A DNA stretch of 5,165 bases, taken from Amoeboradix gromovi X-113. Taxonomy: Eukaryota > Fungi > Sanchytriomycota. Positions 1-5,165 of the stretch are shown one piece after another. Below the pieces are notes generated by a model, which was given only the letters and a program-made list of their open reading frames with translations, ran no database searches and was not told the origin of the DNA. Location: positions 1-5,165 of the forward strand of contig JADGIF010000685.1 of the NCBI GenBank assembly GCA_018985225.1, in the 5' to 3' direction. Made by a program: the position numbers and the translations under genes. Position 1 is the first letter of the stretch. Each line of letters starts with the position of its first letter.

Positions 1-1
1 A

Positions 2-2137
2 GAAAAATGCCACTCAAATAAAGGATTATGCGCAATGGGTTCCGATTTACTGAGTTTGATGAAATTGAAATCTCCAAAGCATTTCAATGCTGATATCGCA
101 TTCGGAAACGCACAGAGATTTGGTGTACCATTGGGATATGGTGGTCCACATGCTGCATACTTTGCAACTGATAAGAAATATATCCGAAAAATGCCTGGAA
201 GAATTGTTGGGGTATCAAAGGACGTGGATGACAATATCGCCTACAGACTAACTCTACAGACCAGAGAGCAGCACATCAAAAGAGAAAGAGCCACCAGTAA
301 TATTTGCACTGCTCAAGCGTTGTTAGCGAATATTAGTGCAATGTATGCGGTCTATCACGGGAAAGAAGGACTCTTGGATTTAGCTACAAAACTGCATATA
401 AACACAGTTAGATTGCACGCTGCATTGAGTACCAAATACAAGATGGTTCCAGGGCAATTCTTTGACACCCTCTCACTCTATTGTGACACGGAAACTATTT
501 TGAAGAGAAGCGAGAAGTTCTGTATGAACTTTAGAGTTACAGATGGTATATGCACTATAGCATTGGATGAGACTGTTACTGCTGCGGACTTAAATGACAT
601 TTGCAAGATTTTTGATGTACCTCTAGGTCCTGAAGCCACAAATTCAAGACTCGAGATGCTCAGAACTGATTCTTTCCTTGAGCAGCCTGTATTTCAATAC
701 AAGTCAGAAACAGAAATGCTCAGATATATGTACAAGTTGCAAAAGAAAGATTTGTCATTAGCTGATGCAATGATACCTCTAGGTAGCTGCACTATGAAGC
801 TGAACGCAACTAGTGAAATGATTCCACTGTCTAACCCCAAAATAAATAACATCCATCCCTTTGCACCATTAGACCAGGCTAAGGGGTACACGGAGCTTAT
901 CAACAATGTGAGAAATCAATTAATAGAAATAACAGGAATGGACGATTGTAGCATTGAGCCTAATAGTGGTGCACAAGGCGAGTATGCTGGGCTTAAGGTA
1001 ATTAGAGATTACTTTAAAACACGAGATGGCAAACGGTCAGTAGCTCTGATTCCTACAAGCGCACACGGAACGAATCCTGCTAGTGCAATAATGAGCGGAT
1101 TCAAAGTCGTTAGCGTGAATTGTCTACCAAATGGATATTTAGATGTGGATGATTTGAAATCAAAAATCAAGAAATACAATACAGACATTGGGGTGTTGAT
1201 GATTACATACCCTAGTACATTCGGTGTCTTTGATGATAACATAACTACTATAGTTGATTTGATACACGAGATTGGAGCTCAAATATATCTAGATGGTGCA
1301 AATCTAAACGCACAGGTAGGACTTTGCAAGCCAGGTGAATATGGTGCGGATGTATGTCATTTGAATCTTCATAAAACATTTTGTATACCCCATGGTGGTG
1401 GTGGTCCTGGGGTAGGTCCTATCTGTGTCAAGAAGCATTTGGCTCCGTATTTGCCAAGCCATGCAATTACGACAAATAAAAATACCATGGCAGAAAACTC
1501 TACCACCAAAAGCACATCTGTTGTAAGCGGTGCACCTTATGGCAGTGCTAGCATTTTGACAATCACCTGGATGTACATAAAGATGATGGGTGGCGAAGGA
1601 TTAAAAAAGGCAAGTCAAGTGGCTGTGTTAAATGCTAACTACATGGCAGAGATGCTAAAGCATGACTACAAGGTGTTATTTACAAATAAAAATAACAAGT
1701 GCGCGCATGAGTTTATAATTGATGCGGACGAATTTGAGCCGGCTGGAATAACAGCAACAGATATAGCAAAGAGGTTACTGGACTACGGATTTCATGCACC
1801 AACTATGTCATGGCCTGTAGCAAATACATTGATGATTGAGCCGACAGAAAGCGAACCACTAGAGGAGATTGAGAGATTTATAAAGGCGTTGAAAATGATC
1901 AGAGAAGAGATTAGAGAAGTTAGTGTTAGTGGGGAGAAGGATAACGTACTGAAAAACGCACCTCATACGATTGAAATGGTGGCAAAGGAATGGAAGAAGC
2001 CATATGACAGAATTAAGGCCGTTTACCCTGATGGAAATGTAACCAAATTCTGGCCAACAACTAGAAGAGTGAATGATGGTTTTGGTGACAAACAGTTGGT
2101 ATGCACTTGTCCTCCAATGGACTATTACAGTAAATAG
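2..2137 (+). CDS. GCV2: Glycine dehydrogenase (decarboxylating), glycine cleavage system P-protein; 5'-partial, gene begins upstream of the window
   Basis: The frame is open from base 2 (EKCHSNKGLCAMGSDLL...), so ATG35 is internal. Diagnostic motifs: QRFGVPLGYGGPHAA, LQTREQHIKRERATSNICTAQALLAN, MIPLGSCTMKLN, PNSGAQGEYAGL, SAHGTNPASA, YLDGANLNAQVG, the PLP-lysine motif HLNLHKTFCIPHGGGGPG (K at 1373-1375), GFHAPTMSWPV, EPTESE and C-terminal LVCTCPPM. TAG 2135-2137 falls at the expected family C-terminus. No introns in the visible part. Confidence 0.98.
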   Translation, partial: EKCHSNKGLCAMGSDLLSLMKLKSPKHFNADIAFGNAQRFGVPLGYGGPHAAYFATDKKYIRKMPGRIVGVSKDVDDNIAYRLTLQTREQHIKRERATSNICTAQALLANISAMYAVYHGKEGLLDLATKLHINTVRLHAALSTKYKMVPGQFFDTLSLYCDTETILKRSEKFCMNFRVTDGICTIALDETVTAADLNDICKIFDVPLGPEATNSRLEMLRTDSFLEQPVFQYKSETEMLRYMYKLQKKDLSLADAMIPLGSCTMKLNATSEMIPLSNPKINNIHPFAPLDQAKGYTELINNVRNQLIEITGMDDCSIEPNSGAQGEYAGLKVIRDYFKTRDGKRSVALIPTSAHGTNPASAIMSGFKVVSVNCLPNGYLDVDDLKSKIKKYNTDIGVLMITYPSTFGVFDDNITTIVDLIHEIGAQIYLDGANLNAQVGLCKPGEYGADVCHLNLHKTFCIPHGGGGPGVGPICVKKHLAPYLPSHAITTNKNTMAENSTTKSTSVVSGAPYGSASILTITWMYIKMMGGEGLKKASQVAVLNANYMAEMLKHDYKVLFTNKNNKCAHEFIIDADEFEPAGITATDIAKRLLDYGFHAPTMSWPVANTLMIEPTESEPLEEIERFIKALKMIREEIREVSVSGEKDNVLKNAPHTIEMVAKEWKKPYDRIKAVYPDGNVTKFWPTTRRVNDGFGDKQLVCTCPPMDYYSK

Positions 2138-2264
2138 CGCATAGTTCTTAACTCTTTTTGTACTTTGGAATACTGCAATGGATTGATTTAATCATCACGC
2201 ATGAGGTGCAAATAACGTAGGTGTTCCTAATTTGCGCTTCAATCATAAGAAGAGAAAGAAGTTA

Positions 2265-2596
2265 AACAGGATGAGAAAAATCGGTTTACTGGGAATATGG
2301 CTAAAAGAACTGTCCAGGAACACACTCAGCAGTGCCGTTAGAGAAGAACTACTCCGGTCTTGCAGACACTGTAACAAAGGTTTGCTCGGGACAGAAGTGC
2401 TGCTATCAATAGCAAAAGTTTTTCATATAGTTGTTTGACTGCACGTGGGAAACCAAGCAGCAGCGAAGTGCCTGAATGGACTCCCATCATGACACATTCG
2501 CTCAAGGATTACCCCCGACTTTTACCACTTGCCAATATCTGTCCCGTTAACCCAAATGTTGAAGTGGATGCAAATTGATTGTAGCACATCCCTGTT
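2265..2596 (-). ncRNA. Candidate structured ncRNA with RNase P/MRP-like topology (family not confirmed)
   Basis: GC is about 46% by hand count (146/320 over 2281-2600), higher than the flanking AT-rich DNA, and there is no credible ORF. Minus-strand helices: AACAGGGAUG(2596-2587)/CAUCCUGUU(2273-2265); UGCUACAAU(2586-2578)/AUUG-A-UAGCA(2410-2401); hairpin CCACUU..AAGUGG(2567-2525); AAAAGUCGG(2523-2515)/CCGAUUUUU(2284-2276), which crosses the second helix as a pseudoknot; hairpins 2502-2462 and 2461-2438; long arm closed by CUGUCC/GGACAG(2394-2310). Several pairs are G-U on the minus strand but A.C on the plus strand. Confidence 0.45.
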
Positions 2597-2666
2597 GTCT
2601 CAAAACATCTAGTGACAATTTCAAAGACAGGAGATTTTTGTGCAACAAATAGTTCTCTGCAAATTC

Positions 2667-4493
2667 ATGAAAGATTTTCCATCTGTAATTACAGCAGTTC
2701 ACGACTATAAGGGTAAGGATAAAAATGAACTTTCATTCAAGAAAAATGACTTAATTATCGTAATTGAAACTGATTATAATTACGAAAATGACGGCTGGTG
2801 GAAAGGCAAATGTAAATCTGGCAAAGTGGGATTATTTCCGGTTAACCACACAGATGGAATTCGGAGACAGAAGCAGCTAGTTAGAGATAGCGCTCTTAGT
2901 GATTCACCAGCAACTACGCCAGTCGAAACTGCTGTAAGCTCTACTACCGTATCGATAGAATTGGGTCAGAGCATGAACCAAAAAACTTCCGGTCTCCAAA
3001 TTGCTGAATCTTCTAAGAAATTAGGAAAAGATGAAAATCTTCAATCCGATTCCCAAACGCGATCAAAAAATTTCAAAAAGAAAAAGAAAAAGATCCTTTC
3101 GCCAGGAAATCCTAATACCTGGTCGGTGGATGATGTGGTTTTGTGGTTGGAATCTAATAACTTCAGCTTCAAGGACCACTTTATTGAGAATGAAATTAGT
3201 GGAGATGTTTTATTGCAGTTGAATTTAGCCAATCTCAAAGAAATCGGAGTTGCAGCATTAGGTCAGAGGTTAAAACTGTTTAACAAAATCACGCAGTTGA
3301 ATAATGATTTTAAGAACATCAAATTCGAGGAAATCAATCCAAAAGTCGAACCTGATAGTTACATTGAAACAGCTACATATGTAGAAAGATCATCTTTAGA
3401 AAGCGAAGAAAAAGTTTCCATTGATGATGATGAAGAGGAGTCCGAATTTGGAGCAGTAAATGAGTCTGGGCAAGTGCATCTTCCGGCATCATTACAAATA
3501 GCACACAATTCAGATAAAACGGTGAAGGACACAGATGATGATATATATTCCTCGTCCTTTTCACCCACTCAATCAATTGAGTCGGTTAAATCTGGCCTTT
3601 CTCTCAAATCTGTTGAGTCTTTGCACGACACTGTCTCTATTCCTCACATAAACTATTACCCTGATGTAACTCGAATCGATAAGTTGAAGAATGTGGAAAT
3701 ATCAGATCACATAAAAGTCATGGAATATGTGTTTGGAGTTAAGACTTACAAAAAGAGATTTTGTGCGCTAGAAAAAGGCCACTTTTATGTATTTCACAAT
3801 GAAATCAGCAAGCACCACATTAAGCTACTAATTACTACCAAGGTAGAAGATATCCCTTCGAAGTCTAGTAACTACTACTTAAAAATTGATGCAGTTACTC
3901 TAATGTTTGAAAATTTTAGCATTTACTCTTCTTGGAAGGCTGCACTTTTAAAATACACAATATTCCACTCTGACCATTTCAAGTCAAAGCAAATTGAGAT
4001 TGTCCCTACAATAGATGATGCTCTAAAAGGTACTTCGATTAAACAACCAAATATGGATATAAAAGGGCCAGACCAGGCCCATGATGATCTTAGTGACATA
4101 ATAAACAGCTATAGTATTGAGAGCGATCGCAAATATGATTTCCATGAATTGAAGGTGACAAACAAGAAGCAAAGACCTTATATTAGTTATATAAACAAGT
4201 ACCTTAGCCGTCAGGGTGTAATAATAAAAGACTTGAAAGAATTAGTCAAAGGGGACAACTTACTGCTGCTGCTAAAAGAACTGAGTGACGACGATTTGCC
4301 AGACCACTTTTTGTCAAAGTTCAATAAAGACGCAAAGTACAAGTTGCAGATAAAGCAGAACCTTCAGATTTTAAAGTCTTATATGGAATACTTGGGAATA
4401 AACGTTGCAGATTTAAAGTTGAATGACATTTTAACTGGGGAAGAGGATGAGTTATTCTACATGATGGATAACATTTATGATGTTTTTGAGTAA
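2667..4493 (+). CDS. Boi1/Boi2/Pob1-like polarity scaffold, SH3-SAM-PH plus C-terminal calponin-homology (CH)-like domain, 608 aa
   Basis: The first ATG is at 2667; the track's GTG2640 start is unlikely in a eukaryote. SH3 ~2682-2852 (AVHDY, ELSFKKND, DGWWKG, GLFPVNH). SAM ~3108-3300 (WSVDDVVLWL, FIENEISGDVLLQL, LKEIGV, LGQRLKL). PH-like ~3700-3956 (KTYKKRFCAL, FYVF, C-terminal helix SWKAAL). CH-like ~4170-4490 (YINKYL, IKDLKELVKG, LLLLLKELS, QNLQIL, DILTG). Stop TAA 4491-4493. SH3-SAM-PH order is the established fungal Boi/Pob1 architecture. Confidence 0.88.
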   Translation: MKDFPSVITAVHDYKGKDKNELSFKKNDLIIVIETDYNYENDGWWKGKCKSGKVGLFPVNHTDGIRRQKQLVRDSALSDSPATTPVETAVSSTTVSIELGQSMNQKTSGLQIAESSKKLGKDENLQSDSQTRSKNFKKKKKKILSPGNPNTWSVDDVVLWLESNNFSFKDHFIENEISGDVLLQLNLANLKEIGVAALGQRLKLFNKITQLNNDFKNIKFEEINPKVEPDSYIETATYVERSSLESEEKVSIDDDEEESEFGAVNESGQVHLPASLQIAHNSDKTVKDTDDDIYSSSFSPTQSIESVKSGLSLKSVESLHDTVSIPHINYYPDVTRIDKLKNVEISDHIKVMEYVFGVKTYKKRFCALEKGHFYVFHNEISKHHIKLLITTKVEDIPSKSSNYYLKIDAVTLMFENFSIYSSWKAALLKYTIFHSDHFKSKQIEIVPTIDDALKGTSIKQPNMDIKGPDQAHDDLSDIINSYSIESDRKYDFHELKVTNKKQRPYISYINKYLSRQGVIIKDLKELVKGDNLLLLLKELSDDDLPDHFLSKFNKDAKYKLQIKQNLQILKSYMEYLGINVADLKLNDILTGEEDELFYMMDNIYDVFE

Positions 4494-4535
4494 TCCCTTT
4501 GCTATAGCAGGAAGACTTTCGGGTGCTTGGTAGAG

Positions 4536-4582
4536 CTAATCGAGTCCCATTTTGTTAATAGTAAAATTTAGAACTAACGTAC
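4536..4582 (-). other. Putative 47-nt spliceosomal intron within the PDX1-like remnant
   Basis: The minus strand begins GTACGT (fungal-type 5' splice site), contains CTATTAAC (weak branch-like motif) and ends TTAG. Removing it joins IALAK in frame to LYQAPESL and skips in-frame stops. Confidence 0.3.
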
Positions 4583-4614
4583 TTTAGCAAGGGCTATTAT
4601 CTCTTTTACGCTGT

Positions 4615-4651
4615 TATATCTCTGAATTAGTTGAAATATATCTCTGAATTA
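4615..4651. repeat. 15-bp perfect direct repeat TATATCTCTGAATTA x2 with a 7-bp spacer (period 22)
   Basis: Copies at 4615-4629 and 4637-4651, read directly from the sequence. Confidence 0.85.
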
Positions 4652-5165
4652 CAATTCCATCTGATCCTGCTGTTCATTCTCACTATTTCTTCAATCGCAT
4701 CTCTCATAGAACGGATAATAACACCAATAGATGGCATTCCAATCTTTTCAAGTTCGAGGCAGCTGATTAACTTAACTAAGCAAATCCTTTTCGTTATTAC
4801 ATGTATTCTATCGTTTCAGTATTCTTTTCACCACATTTTTATGACTTGATAAAAGCTTCAGAAACTTTTTTCATCTCACAATCATTACTGACAAAATATA
4901 GCAACTTTAAAGAGAGTACCGCGCAATTTGTACTGCAAACTTATACAGTTAAATACTAGTCTCATGATGAGCTAACTGTGTAATGAAAGGATAAAACTTT
5001 TGTATAAATAATTAAACATCTGGGACATCAAATATAAAAACTAAACTAACTTTCTGAAACAGTTTGAATCATTATTTCGGGTGTATTAATCAATAATAAA
5101 TTAAATTAATCTGTTCAAGTAAATTATTTTAGTGTAAAAGCTTTTTGTCCATCAAAATCTTAGAA

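Larger units (their letters stand above)
4452..4975 (-). pseudogene. Possible decayed PDX1/SNZ (PLP synthase subunit)-like pseudogene
   Basis: Collinear minus-strand fragments in shifting frames resemble the recalled PdxS consensus. KVAIFC (4908-4891) vs KVPFVC; NDCEMKKVSEAFIKS (4886-4842) vs NLGEALRRISEGAAMIRT; NVV (4837-4829) vs GNVV; KIGMP (4746-4732) vs KLGRLP; M/TAGSDGIVI vs MQLGCDGVFV; KEIIALAK^LYQAPESLPAIAKGL vs [23 protein letters not shown]. The reading needs several frameshifts (e.g. at 4674 and 4616) and removal of one intron. Manual alignment only; the 5' boundary is uncertain. Confidence 0.35.

Noticed and set aside
694-1242. Minus-strand ORFs 694-906 and 1009-1242
   Set aside because: Antisense shadows of the conserved P-protein CDS.
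2232-2438. 68-aa + strand ORF from the track
   Set aside because: TTG start, no recognisable domain, and it overlaps the structured GC-rich island.
2514-2556. U5 loop I-like GACUUUUAC and telomerase template-like UAACCCAAA
   Set aside because: The U5-like motif lacks the invariant GCCUUUUAC and a closing stem. The template-like motif mismatches CUAACCCUAA and sits within a hairpin.
2201-2578. ATG-to-TGA frame of 125 codons interrupted only by five TAA/TAG codons, suggesting TAR=Gln recoding
   Set aside because: Both real genes end in TAG or TAA at natural domain ends and have no internal TAR over ~1,300 codons. The read-through peptide resembles nothing I recognise.
2138-2640. Glycine or TPP riboswitch next to the glycine decarboxylase gene
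   Set aside because: The ordered glycine aptamer motifs (GGAGA, CCGAAG, CUCAGG) and TPP motifs (CUGAGA, CCUGAU) are absent, and the element lies downstream of the gene.
3031-3576. Short ORFs 3031-3222(+), 3041-3238(-), 3359-3568(-), 3373-3576(-)
   Set aside because: Nested in the scaffold CDS with no independent coding signal.
4521-4549. tRNA-like words TGGTAGAGC and TCGAGTCCC
   Set aside because: Too close together, with no anticodon arm or acceptor stem, so no cloverleaf can form.
4631-4849. 72-aa hydrophobic + strand ORF
   Set aside because: TTG start and an I/L/F/S-rich composition typical of AT-rich or antisense shadow frames.
4628-4880. Minus-strand frame interrupted only by four TGA codons (possible Sec or Trp recoding)
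   Set aside because: No SECIS-like element seen, the neighbouring genes encode Trp as TGG with no in-frame TGA, and frameshifted decay explains the pattern more simply.
4964-5057. Box C (ATGATGA 4964-4970) and box D (CTGA 5054-5057) at snoRNA-like spacing
   Set aside because: No terminal stem, no clear C'/D' boxes and no guide of convincing length. Such motifs arise by chance in AT-rich DNA.

Overview
Gene-dense, AT-rich eukaryotic DNA, most consistent with a compact fungal or fungal-relative genome (inference from protein content). Two intron-free + strand genes use the standard code. One is a 5'-truncated glycine decarboxylase P-protein (GCV2/gcvP, to 2137). The other is a Boi/Pob1-like SH3-SAM-PH scaffold with an extra C-terminal calponin-homology-like domain (2667-4493). 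The ~500 bp between them holds a GC-elevated (hand count about 46% over 2281-2600), extensively base-paired segment. On the minus strand it can be folded into the P1-P2-P3-P4(pseudoknot)-P19 topology of RNase P/MRP RNA, but with a very short specificity domain and non-canonical conserved regions. Downstream of the scaffold gene, the minus strand carries frameshifted fragments that resemble PLP synthase PDX1/SNZ, with one plausible intron, possibly a decayed vitamin B6 biosynthesis gene. The ncRNA and pseudogene calls come from manual folding and alignment against sequences recalled from memory and need Infernal/HMM confirmation.
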